Shown: positions 1 through 11,844 of the stretch, in pieces
How the letters are laid out: each line of letters opens with the position of its first letter
Numbering within the stretch: position 1 is the stretch's first letter
Source: Ministeria vibrans ATCC 50519
Lineage: Eukaryota; Protista; Filasterea
Length of the DNA stretch: 38,043 bases
NCBI GenBank assembly: GCA_943704425.1
Contig: CALSCP010001441.1
Location: 60,204-98,246 of the forward strand
Reading direction: 5' to 3'
Position numbers and translations under genes: made by a program
The notes under the pieces: model-generated
Told to the model about the DNA's origin: nothing
What the model saw: only the letters and a program-made list of their open reading frames with translations
Databases searched by the model: none

Positions 1-92
1 GAACTTACTCTTTTTTTTTTTTTTTTTTTCTTTCTTTCTTCTTTCTCTCTTTGTGTGTGTATGTGTGTGTGTGTTTCTCTTACCGCATCTAG

Positions 93-162
93 TTGTGTCG
101 CTTCGGTCACAAGCGCAATGGCTTTGTTGAGGAAGTTGCCGTCCATCGTGAAGAAAGAATGA
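93..162 (+). CDS. Possible last exon of an upstream gene (product unknown)
   Basis: Pyrimidine tract and catctAG acceptor at 91-92, then a short open frame (CVASVTSAMALLRKLPSIVKKE*). Frame and identity uncertain. Confidence 0.3.
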
Positions 163-199
163 TCAAAATATTTTAGAAAATTATTCACTTTTTATTCAC

Positions 200-3100
200 A
201 TGCTGATCCTTTTCGTGTCGCTGTGCTTGTTGCTAGAGCCAACAGAGTCAGCTCCAACCCGAGCCGCGCGACAAACTCGGGAAAGCCTTGATTTTGTGGA
301 TTCTCTTTTTAGTATGAAAAATCGTTTTTTTTTCTCATTTGTGGTATTTTCTGAGTGCTCATCAATGTCGCTGTAGAACGGCCGCTGTCGCACGACATAG
401 CACACTACGAGCCGCTTCACATCCATTTGGGACCGCTCTACGACCAGCACAATCGCGTTCGGAGATCTGAGCCCACAGACGAAATCCACGTCAAATTCCG
501 CGCTTTTGAAACGTACGCCTCCCACACCCTCAAGCGCACGCCATGCTTGATGTTATGCACAGTACTCTTGTTGAAGCACCCTTTCTCATATATATATATA
601 TGTGTGTGTGTTTTTTTTGTTTGGTGTGCTACGCAGTTCGTTTCATTTGCGACTTAGACGTCACACCGAATTGTTTTTGCCGACTGCCACCTTCACCCTC
701 GACCATGCCCCGTCCATGTTTGACTCATCCCTTGTGTACCGAGGTTATCTTCAAGGTAAGAGTCGCAAAACGCATCCCGTGTGCGCGCGCATATCGACAC
801 CAGCCCCTCAGCTTGTTGCATATGCACATCATCCCCATGGCAACCACAGCAAAATAACCCCAAGTCGTCTCCTTTTGTAGGCTCGCCCGACTCCGTTGCC
901 TACGTGTCACTGAACAATGGCGAGCTTCACGGAGGCATTCACCAGCGTGACGGCGAAGTGTATGTCATTGCAGCATCACGACACTACTTTGGACACGGAA
1001 CCACCTTCAACTCCGTCATATATCGTGCGAGCGATGTCAAGTTAAACTCCTCCGATGCCTGGTGTGGTCTCACAGCGCCCGACACGCGTCGCGCTGAGAG
1101 CTTCAACGACGACGACGTTGTTGGACATGAAGAACAGCGCCTCCGGCGGAGTGCCAACGTAAACGTAAAATCCAGAACAGGTCAGACGTACGCGCAGAGC
1201 ATGCAAGAGCTGGTGAAGCAAGCGCACGACGCAGCGCGCAACGCAGCGCACTCCAAGGCTAAGACGTTATCAGATCACGAGGAAGTGCCGCTCAAGCGAC
1301 AGCGCCGTGCCCTCTACCCCACAGACAAGGTGTGCACGCTGGCATTGGTTGCAGACCACACCTTCTACGACCATTACCGCACAGGTACACCGAACGGCGA
1401 CTGCGAAGTGTGCGCCTTCAACGAGATGGTCATTCTCATCAACGCAGTCAATGCCATCTATGAAGTTACCGACTTCAACGGGGTGACGGACCACCGCTTC
1501 AGCATTGCCTCGGCACTCACACTCACCAATGCCAGCGACCCAAACTACCCCTTTGCGAGCGAGGGTGTCCCGGGTGACGTCCTTGCCATTCTTCAGCAGT
1601 ATGCCGTGTACGGTGCTCAAAACGACTACAACAATGTGTGTTTGGGCCACCTGTTCACCCGTCGTGACTTTGCCAATGGCGTGCTGGGCCTTGCCTTCCT
1701 CGCTGACTCGGTCAATGCCGGTGGTATCTGCCAAAACGCCCTCAGTTTTAGCCCATGGGCCACTCAGGGCGCAAACACAAATGTCGGGCTTACCAGGTAC
1801 GAGATGAAAATAATTATATAAATAGTTATAATAATTTATATTATTATTATTTTTAAAAAAGAGAGCAAGTCAATCAGTATCACAAATTAATTTTGATATA
1901 ATGTAGTGTGGTAAACTATGGCCAACAAGTGTCATCTGTCGTGTCGTCTCTCACAGTCGCACACGAACTGGGCCACAATCACGGGTCACAAGTAAAACAC
2001 ACACTGCACGCGACAAATTATAAGCACACTCATGAATACTTACGTTCACTAGCACGATCCCGCCGAGTGCCAGCCGTCCAACGCCGCTGGGGGCAGCTTC
2101 ATCATGTATGCGTTTGCAACGTCGGGCAACCGTCCCAACAACGACGACTTTTCGACGTGCAGTCGCGACACCATGTCGTTTATCATGGAGCGCAAGGCGG
2201 GTGCAGGGGCCGCCGACCCGTGTTTCATTGCACAGCCGGCCAACACATGTGGGAATCGCGTGGTAGAGGGCAGTGAGCAGTGCGACTGTGGGAGCACCAG
2301 TGCGAGTGCGTGTACGCTTGTTGACGCGTGTTGTGCGCCTGGCTGTGCTCTCGCTGCATCCGCCGTTTGCAGTCCCTTTGCGAGTGTGTGCTGCAATACA
2401 TCATGTCAAATCACCAGTGGTGTGGAGTGCTCACCCGCCGACGAGTGCGCTCAGGCAAGCTTTTGCGATGCCTCACAGGGCTACGAGTGTCCCACGCCCG
2501 TGGCCAATCCCGACGGGACTCCCTGTGAGTGTGATGGTTCAAACTGCCCCAAAGTGTGTCAGTCGGGCGCGTGTACCGAGTCTGTGTGTTCTCTTTATGG
2601 TTGGGACGAATGTGAATGTCCAACGGTAAGATGAAACAAACTAATAGCGTCGACATCGACGTCGGGTACTTGGAGTTGATTCAATAAAACTTATTTTGTT
2701 GTGCAGGAGCCCATCTGTGACGTGTGCTGTCTGGTAAACGGCACAACGTGTCTGCACACGGGAAACTTTGCGGGCTCCACCACGACCATCCGACGGAGCA
2801 CGGGTTCTGTGTGCTCGGCCAACGGACAGGCAGCGTCGGGCTACTGCGACGCAGGCTCAGTGTGTGTGCCGGTCGACAACGACTCCCTGCTGAACAATCT
2901 GAACGGGCTGTTTCCAGAAAGTGTTCAGCAGGTGATCAACTGGATCAAAGACAACTGGTACTGGGTGTTGACGGGCGTGCTGGTGCTCATCGTGCTCGTC
3001 GTGGCCCTGCGCTACTGGTACCGCCGCATGTCGCCCAACGAGAAGGAGCACGAGCTCAAGAAGCGCCGCGCACGCGAACTTGCGCGACGGAACAAGGTTG

Positions 3101-3953
3101 CGCCGTCGGAGTCGCACGATGACCAGACCAAAGTCATGACGAAGGAACAAGGTACCTAGTGGAAAATTAATAGTAATTATTATTATGGTTATAAGGATTA
3201 GGCATTGATTGATCGTAATTTTTTTATTGTTAGCATTTATTGCGCTCAAGAGAGGATTTCCTCACGTGCACAATCAAGTCATTACGGACACACTGCACCA
3301 GACCAACTACGACGCCCGCGCAGCTATCAAGCGCCTCATGAAGAACGGCTACCAGCCAGTGAAGCTGTCGACACTCGCAAGCGCCAAAGATCAATCGATG
3401 GGTACGCCGCGTTCGTCGCACGCCAGCAATGCCATGCAGGGCAAGGCAAGTCCTGCGGGTCGCTCGCGTCACTCCGACTCGGCACCTAGTCATGCGGGGT
3501 CGCCAGCTGCAGCAGGACGCCGCTCCAATGCGCAGGGAGCCGCCGGTATGTCTCCTGCGCGGCCTCACAAGGAGCGCCGCACTGCTTCATCGACTGTTCA
3601 TGAGCCTGCTGCTCAACAACAACGGCAGCAACAGAGACAGTCCTCGCACACTTCCGCATTGCATGCTCTGAGTACATATCCTCCTTCCCCTAACAAATCA
3701 TCTGTATAATTTAATAATATAAATTAATAATAATAATAACGTCTTCATTATGATTATTTACTTTGAAGGTGTACTGTTCAACTACTTGTACAACAACTAC
3801 GATGCTCTCAAGCAGCAATCGGAGACAATATATCACTGCTTTGTCTCAGGCGTTGGGTTCGTCCGGTGCGGCAGCGAACGTTTGAGTCGACGTCGTACGG
3901 TGCCGCAGAATATATTCGGGCGGCGGAATCCAATTATCCAAAAGACGTCATGA
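200..3953 (+). CDS. ADAM10/ADAM17-like membrane metalloprotease-disintegrin with extended cytoplasmic tail (CUE-like domain)
   Basis: Hand-spliced exons 200-311, 377-512, 637-755, 881-1796, 1907-1991, 2053-2625, 2707-3151, 3234-3671, 3769-3953. Signal peptide MLILFVSLCLLL; prodomain FHLRLRRHTELF; Cys-switch WCG; furin sites RVRR/RLRR/RQRR; GVLGLAF; zinc motif HELGHNHGSQ|HD across an intron; Met-turn IMYAFA; disintegrin CGNRVVEGSEQCDCG; TM WYWVLTGVLVLIVLVVAL. The last two exons are less certain (alternative stops at 3159 or 3709). Confidence 0.9.
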
Positions 3954-3971
3954 GTCATGACTCATGACTCA
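3947..3971. promoter_or_regulatory. 22-bp perfect palindrome carrying three tandem TGA(G/C)TCA (AP-1/GCN4-type bZIP) sites
   Basis: gtcatgagtcatgactcatgac at 3947-3968; sites at 3951, 3958 and 3965, just upstream of the TMEM17 ATG. Function is inferred only. Confidence 0.4.
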
Positions 3972-3987
3972 TATTATAAATATTTTA

Positions 3988-4623
3988 ATGTCGCGTCGCT
4001 CAAATAGACTAATAGAAGACGACCCGCCACCACGAGAAACCTACAAACACCTTGCGAGTGAGTCATGACTCTGGAAACTACCCGTTGTCAACGTTTTTTT
4101 TTCAGACACCGAACGGCTCTCGTCTGTCTCCCTTCAGGTAGTTCTCTACTACAACGTACTCTATGCCCTCCCGTGGGTGCTTGGTTCATGTGTTAGTCTC
4201 GCCTCAAAGGTAGGTTGTTTGGTTTAGCCAGGGGTTTTGCATTGTTGACACTGATTGACATTAACGCAGTGGGACACCGGTCTCAACGACACCCTTGCGC
4301 GTGCGCTTGCGTTGGCCTTTACAGCTCTCTCGTGTACAGTCGAACCCATACGACTGTACCTTGGCTACGACGGCAATTTACGAGAGAAAGTGCCGACGTT
4401 GATTGGCTTTTTTCTGTTGACGGGCTTCTTTCAGCTCCCGCTCGCTCTCTTTCTCGTTCTCACACAACAGTACACAGTCCTTCCACTCGACCGGGCCATA
4501 CACATCCCGCTGCTTCTTTTCCTTGTTGCTCAGCTCATCACTGCCTACCGCGCGCTCAACCGACTTGTCACCGCACAGACATCCAGCATATACCTAGCCA
4601 AAGACCAACGGAGACAGCTCTAG
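3988..4623 (+). CDS. TMEM17: TMEM17-like ciliary transition-zone membrane protein
   Basis: Exons 3988-4057, 4106-4209, 4270-4623. LSSVSLQVVLYYN and EPIRLYLGYDGNLREKVPTLIGFFLLT match the TMEM17/216/80 family signature as I recall it. Confidence 0.85.
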
Positions 4624-4659
4624 ATGTACTACACACTAAGCAATTCTCTCTCACTTGCT

Positions 4660-5019
<360 letters not shown>

Positions 5020-5131
5020 CTCCCTCCGTCGTTAAAACGATATGTCTACCTCAGTAAAAGAAACACTCAAATAAGTTGTATGTATAATAATATGTACAAT
5101 TAATAATAATAATTATTATTATAAAGCAGAA

Positions 5132-6626
5132 TCAGTGCAGCATTGTCATTGACGCGGCTGGGTCGTCATGCGCAGCAGTGGCTTCCACAGCAAAGCGTTT
5201 CCCGCCGCCGCCCCAGGCGTACGCCTCCTGTTCTACCCCTATTGATGCGTCCCCACCTCCCCCTCCTCCCCCTTCGTTGCCATGGCCGTTGCTGTCCTCG
5301 TTATTGTCGTTATCGTCGTTATCTTGGTCCATGTCGTCGCTACGTCGTTTGGGCCGTGTCGCACCATGACCACGGTCGATGTTACTGCTGAGCAGCCGTG
5401 CTGCGTAAATGCTCTCAAACTCGCGCAGCTGCGACAGGAACCCTTCGTTGGGGCTGATACAGAATCTCGCGCGAGTCGCCATATACATTGCCTCCTTGAA
5501 CGGAATGCTGCACAAGGTATGCGTCGGTTGAGCACGCAGAGACAAAGAAGGGACAAAAAAGGGAGAAAGAAAACAACAACAGAGAGGACAGGAGAAAGAA
5601 CCAAAGTGAACTCGAGGAAAAGAAAACAAAATAGAATCAAAGTGAAATAGAGAAAAAGAAAACAAAATAGAATCAAAGTGATACAGAGAACGAACAAATA
5701 AAATCAAAATTAATAATAATAATTATTATATTATTTTATAATAATCAAAAATATGAGAAAGAAACAAAACATGAAGCAAAATAGAAGCAATAATTAATAG
5801 AAGAAGAGAAAACAAGTGATAGACTGATAGTGAGAGTGTGTGAACCTTAAGAGGGCCATGGTGCAGGCAATCGCCACTGTGGGTCCGCGAGAAATGCCCG
5901 TTAGGTCATGTACATAGCACACTCCATTGCACTGCAAATTTGGGGGGAGGAAGGTTTAACAAGGTCCTCGGTGTGCCGTTGTAGCGCTGCGTTGTGGTAG
6001 CGTACCTGCTCGACGGCGTGGCGTGCAAAGTCGGCTGCTTGGATGAGTAGCTGGATGATGTTTTCGGTTGTGCGGTCCTCCATGGTCAGCACCAGATACT
6101 CAAAGACGCCTTCGTGGTTCACGCGCACCCACGGGGATTCGTCGTGCGACCGAACGCAGATCACGTGCGTGACTCCGCGCTGTTGCATTGCCTGGCGTTC
6201 AGGAGAGAGAGAGGCGAAAGCGGTTCAAAGGTGAGTCGCAATACGTCAAAAGCCGAATGAGACGGCTGTACACCGCGAAAATGGGGCAGGGCGCTGTATC
6301 AGTTTGCGGAAGGGGTACTCACAATGGGTGTGGGTATGAGGGTGGGAGGGGAGGAGCAAGCAAGTCGTGCAGAGTGCGCTTTGGTGTGATTTTGTCAACA
6401 CAACTTATCTCACCTCAAGATTTTTTTTTCGAGCAAACTCATAAGGTCCCACTATTAACCCAGGTGTGATGGTCTGGCAGTTGCGTCTACAGAGAGAGAG
6501 AGGACGACAAGAAGCGTAAACAAACAAAGTTTGTCGCAAGTAATTATTTTACTTTTGTTCGTAAAGCCAGTCGCCGATGGAGACTGTACTCAACGTGTGC
6601 ATGATACTCTCCGAGTATGCATCCAT
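5132..6626 (-). CDS. STYX: STYX-like dual-specificity pseudophosphatase
   Basis: Exons 6626-6553, 6486-~6414, 6191-6006, 5931-5846, 5507-5132. DWLYEQKRNCQTITPGLIVGPY, GVTHVICVR, YLVLTMED..ENII, P-loop VHDLTGISRG and RFCISPNEGFLSQLREFESIY are collinear with STYX. Confidence 0.85.
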
Positions 6627-6712
6627 CCCAGTAGCAACGTGTTCAGAAAATATTTGTAAATTCTTTTGGGTTTTAGTTTTTTTTTTTTCCACCATTTTTC
6701 ATACTTCCTGGA

Positions 6713-7649
6713 ATGGAGTGGCTCACGTTGAATGTGGGCGGCCGTGTGTTCTCGACGACACGATCGACGTTGATTGCGTAGGCGCTTGCCTGTCTATTTG
6801 TTTATTTGTTTTTGACCTCTCTCTTGTGTATAATTAGACGTGAGCCAGAAGGGTTTTTAGCAAAACTGTGTCTTAACGACGAGTCATGTGACATGCCATC
6901 TACAAAGGCATGCCAGATCCGCAAGATGAGACGTAGACATAACGCGCATTCTTTGTTTAGGATGCGAATGGAGCGATTCTCATTGATCGCGACGGTGACT
7001 ACTTTGCCGCCGTACTCAACTACTTGAGGTAGGTCTGGCGAGGCGAGAGAGATAGAGAGGGAGTCGTTGTTGCTGATAACGCGGGTGGAGCAGACACGGG
7101 AAGGTGATAGTCGACCGGGGGCTGAGTGCAGCGGGACTGCTCGAAGAGGCCGAGTTTTACAACTTGCCCGAGATGATTGCAGTGTTACAGGTGAGCGCAA
7201 TTCAAACAGTAAACCTGTGCGTAGTATGCGTTTGTGTTGGCTAATGTGGGGGGGGGGGGGGGGTTCTTGTGCCCTAGGGAATGGTCAAGGCGGAGGCACA
7301 GGCGGCGGAGACGGCCAATGCGACGAGAGGCAAAGTACGAAAGCAAGTTCATCAGCGCACACTCACTCCCATCATCAAAATCAATACTAATTTGTGTCGT
7401 AGTTTAAGGAAATCTATCGACTGTTTGAGTCGGACGAAGAAGAGCTGGCACAAATGCTGAGTAATCTGAGCGACGGATGGCGGTTTGAAACACTCACTTA
7501 CATCAGCTCGCCATACGACTACGGACAGAGTAAGAAGCACAAACACATCACTATCACCAACTCACACTGGATGTTGTTGGTGCGCAGAGGATGGTGATAA
7601 GAACGAATTCGTGGTGGTTTTGTCTAAGAGAGTGCCTGACACGGAGTGA
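6713..7649 (+). CDS. KCTD5/KCTD2/KCTD17-like BTB (T1) protein
   Basis: Spliced [20 protein letters not shown]...[21 protein letters not shown]...[11 protein letters not shown], then KCTD5-type C-terminus [26 protein letters not shown]...NEFVVVLSK. Stop TGA at 7647-7649. Not in the ORF track as a unit. Confidence 0.88.
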
Positions 7650-7797
7650 ACCAACAAGGAAAAAAATATAAATGAATACTCCTCATAATGTAAAACACCA
7701 ATAATAAACACCCTTGGCGAGTCAAACGATGTAGGTACAAAGAAAGCAGACTTTTCAATTTGTGTGAGTGGTGTAGAGGAAGAGAGAAGTGGACGGT

Positions 7798-8240
7798 TTA
7801 GAAGATGCCAAGCTTGCTGGCGGTGTCGAGGGCGTCCTCGTTGTGGGCCAGGCGCACGAAAGCCTTCTTGGAGCCATCGGGGCGGATGAGCGTGTTGACG
7901 TTGTCAACCTTGACATCGTACAGCTGCTCGACTGCAAGCTTGATCTGGCGCTTGTTGGCGCGCACGTCAGCCGCGAACACAATGGTGTTGTGGTGCTCAA
8001 TCTTCTTCATGGCCGAGTCGGTCGAGAGGGGGAAGCGGATGACGGCGTACTTGTCAAGACGGGGCTGCAGACGCTCCTTGGTTGCCAGACGGCGGGCCTT
8101 GGGGTTTCGCGCCTTGGTCTGCGTCTTGGGCAGGTGGAAGTGCACGCTGTGGCGCACCTTCATCGACTTGCTGGCCTTGCTGCCCTTCACGAGCGCCTTC
8201 TTGGCTCCCTTGGCCTTTGCAATTGCTTTCGTCTCGGCAG
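7798..8240 (-). CDS. RPL23A: 60S ribosomal protein L23a (uL23), main exon; start exon unresolved (N-gap at 8337-8346)
   Basis: RLDKYAVIRFPLSTDSAMKKIEHHNTIVF...VNTLIRPDGSKKAFVRLA...ASKLGIF; AG acceptor immediately before 8240. Confidence 0.95.
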
Positions 8241-8830
8241 CTACGCAGACATCACACACAAACACACAGCATGGTCAGGACAAGTGGCCACAGCACACGC
8301 AGTGTGTGCAGGTACAGAGGAACGAAGTAAAAAAAANNNNNNNNNNCAAAAAAAAAAAAAAAACGAGCCAGTAAGGATACAGACAATGAGGGTGGATGAG
8401 TGAGGGTGGAGCAAGCAAGGTCCATCGTGTGTGAGAGGCAGAAAGGCGCAGGTTGGTTGAGAAGAAAGCAATCGTAAAAAAAAAAAAAAAAAAAAAAAAA
8501 TGCACGCCACGAGAACAAGCAGGAAGGAGAGGACAGACGGGGCCGAGGTGGGCACAGGGCCGAGGACACCGGGTACAGGAAGGGGTGCGCCTGACAGTAC
8601 GCCTTCGACAGTCTTACCGTAAGTTGGGAGAAAAAAAAAGGTCAGAAATCAAAAGTCAAAAGTCAAAATGATTATTTTTTTTGGCTTTTGGTTTTGAGCA
8701 AAGAATGACCTTGGGTCGGTACAGCATGGGTATGGTACGTTGCGTTTTGGCAAAATGGGTGGGATGGGTCTTTATTTTTCTTCTTTTTTTTCCTTTTTTT
8801 TGTGAAACAAAACGAAAAACACACACAAAA

Positions 8831-10229
8831 TCAAGCAAATCTGTCGAGACGGACCTCAATGACACGACCATCAAAGTCAGTGCCATTGAACTCGCTGATG
8901 GCATTGGCAGCACCCTCGGGGGAGTCAAAGAGGATGGTTGCGGCGCCACGGGGACGGCCGCCCGCCGTCTGGAGCACATCGGCACGCACAATGTTGCCGG
9001 CGCTGCGGAACGTGTCCTTGAGCGCCTGCCATGTCACGGAGAACGGCAACTGCATTGTAAGGTGAAGAAAGAAGAGTTGGGGAGTTAGTATAATCCTATT
9101 TTGTGGCCAATTGCGGCGTATACGTTTCCAATGTAGACTTGACGTCCGCTCGACTGGGAGGCGGCGGCGGGTGCAGCAGCCGCAAACGACTGTTGCTGGC
9201 TGCCGCCACCCGACTGCTTCATGCGGTCCAGGTGCACGTCCATGTCGCGACCCTTGAGGTTCACGTTGTGGAACATAGCAATGGCGGTCTGCGCCTCCTG
9301 CGCCGTCTCAAACTGGATGGTGCCCTGGCCGCGCGGCTGTCCGTCACGCCCCATGATGATGTCCGCACGCACCACGTTGCCCGCCTCGCGGAACTTGTCC
9401 TTGAGCTCCTGCCACGTCACAGAGTACTCCAGGTTGCCCACAAACACTTGCGTGCCGTCCTGGCTGGCCTCTCCACCGCGGAAATCGTCTCTTCGCGCAC
9501 TATACGCACATGAAAATAGTAATGGTAAACACACACACACACACACACACACACAAAGACTTTCTGTACTACTTACCGAGGTGCGGGACGACTGTAGCTG
9601 GCGGACGCGCCACCAGCAGCAGCACCACCCGAGGTGCCCTTGAAGGACTCCGTCTCGCGATCCTCACGCAGGAAAATGGCGCGGTTGTGCAGCTCTGTGT
9701 CCTGCAGCGTCTGAACCGCATGCTGTGCCTGCTCGTACGTGGCAAACTCGGCAATGCCGCAGCCCTTGGAGCGACCGTTGCCCGACTCAAACACATCCAC
9801 AAACACCACCTCGCCGGCTGTCTTGAGATGGTCCTACAACAAGACAAAAAAGAAGAAGAATCTCAGGAATTATCAATTCGTTTTTTTTTTCTCTGTTGGC
9901 TCTTGTTGACGGGAAAGGACACAAAAAGACACGATAGAGCACCCTCGTTGAGCATTTGACCAACACCCACGAGGGGCGCAGTCGGCCCAACGAGCGTGTG
10001 CGTCGAAATACGCAATAAAATGACAAAAGAGAAATAAAAAAAACGTGCAACGACAAGGAAGTCGAGGAGGAGAGCCTCTTGCACGGGGAGGGGGTACCTT
10101 GAGGTCCTGCCAGCGAACACTGTACGCGAGGTTGCCAATGAAGACGCGGTTCTCCTTCACGGACGACGCAGGCGGTCGGGCCCCTCCAGCCCGCGCAGCG
10201 CCGCCTCCGTACTGTCGTCCAGCGTCCAT
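8831..10229 (-). CDS. Three-RRM RNA-binding protein, Gbp2/Hrb1/hnRNP-M-like
   Basis: Three RRMs, each with V(F/Y)(I/V)GNL..SV.WQ.LKD and RSKGCG/QPRGQG/RPRGAA motifs; ends EVRLDRFA. Multi-exon. Confidence 0.88.
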
Positions 10230-10758
10230 CGTTGATTCTCTCCTACGGTCAGAAACATGAGCGACGCGCGAGGAGGGCGGCTCAGTGGGTAAGGGAGGGT
10301 GGGCATAAGGAAAGGAAAAGTCGGACAAAACCCAAACGCGCGTTGCGTTTACACGTTCGTTTGCGACTTGTCCGCTCAATAGGATACGGTCCTTTTTTCC
10401 TAAGTTACCTTGTGTAGTTAAAGAAAAAAAAGAGGAGGATTCAGGATTCTAAATTTTGCGATCAACGGATAAAGCGACAAGAGTCCAAGAGTGTCTGCCG
10501 ACAGTCGTAGTCACCACTCACCAGCCGGCCAGACACCGCTTACACACTCATTGATGATACCCACACCATGCGGCGCTCATAGCAGGTGTAAGAATGATGA
10601 GGTATCCAATCGACTAAAAGGAAAAGAACGCGATGAAAATCAACTCTCGGCACTCAATATAATAGACATTAGACAATAAAATTTCAATATTCTCAGCTGA
10701 CACCTGTCACTGACCTGTGAACTGTGAAGTGTGAACTCACTGAACTGCCTTAAGCATA

Positions 10759-11667
<909 letters not shown>

Positions 11668-11844
11668 TAAGTATAGTGCAATATTAATTAACCTCTCACT
11701 CTCAATCAAACTCTGCATCACACGCCACACAGTACAGCTTTGAGTCACGCGTGCGAATGTTCTCATCGTCCTCAAACGGCGCTTCGCACAGCGCACACCT
11801 ATAAGAGAAAGTGCGGGTTTGAGCGGAATGGAAATGTAGGCCTG

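Noticed and set aside
832-844. RFX X-box-like CCATGGCAAC
   Set aside because: Half-site only, inside an ADAM intron and not near the ciliary genes.
8241-8620. Intronic snoRNA in RPL23A
   Set aside because: No convincing C box (RTGATGA) and D box pair or H/ACA structure found by eye; the region also contains a gap.
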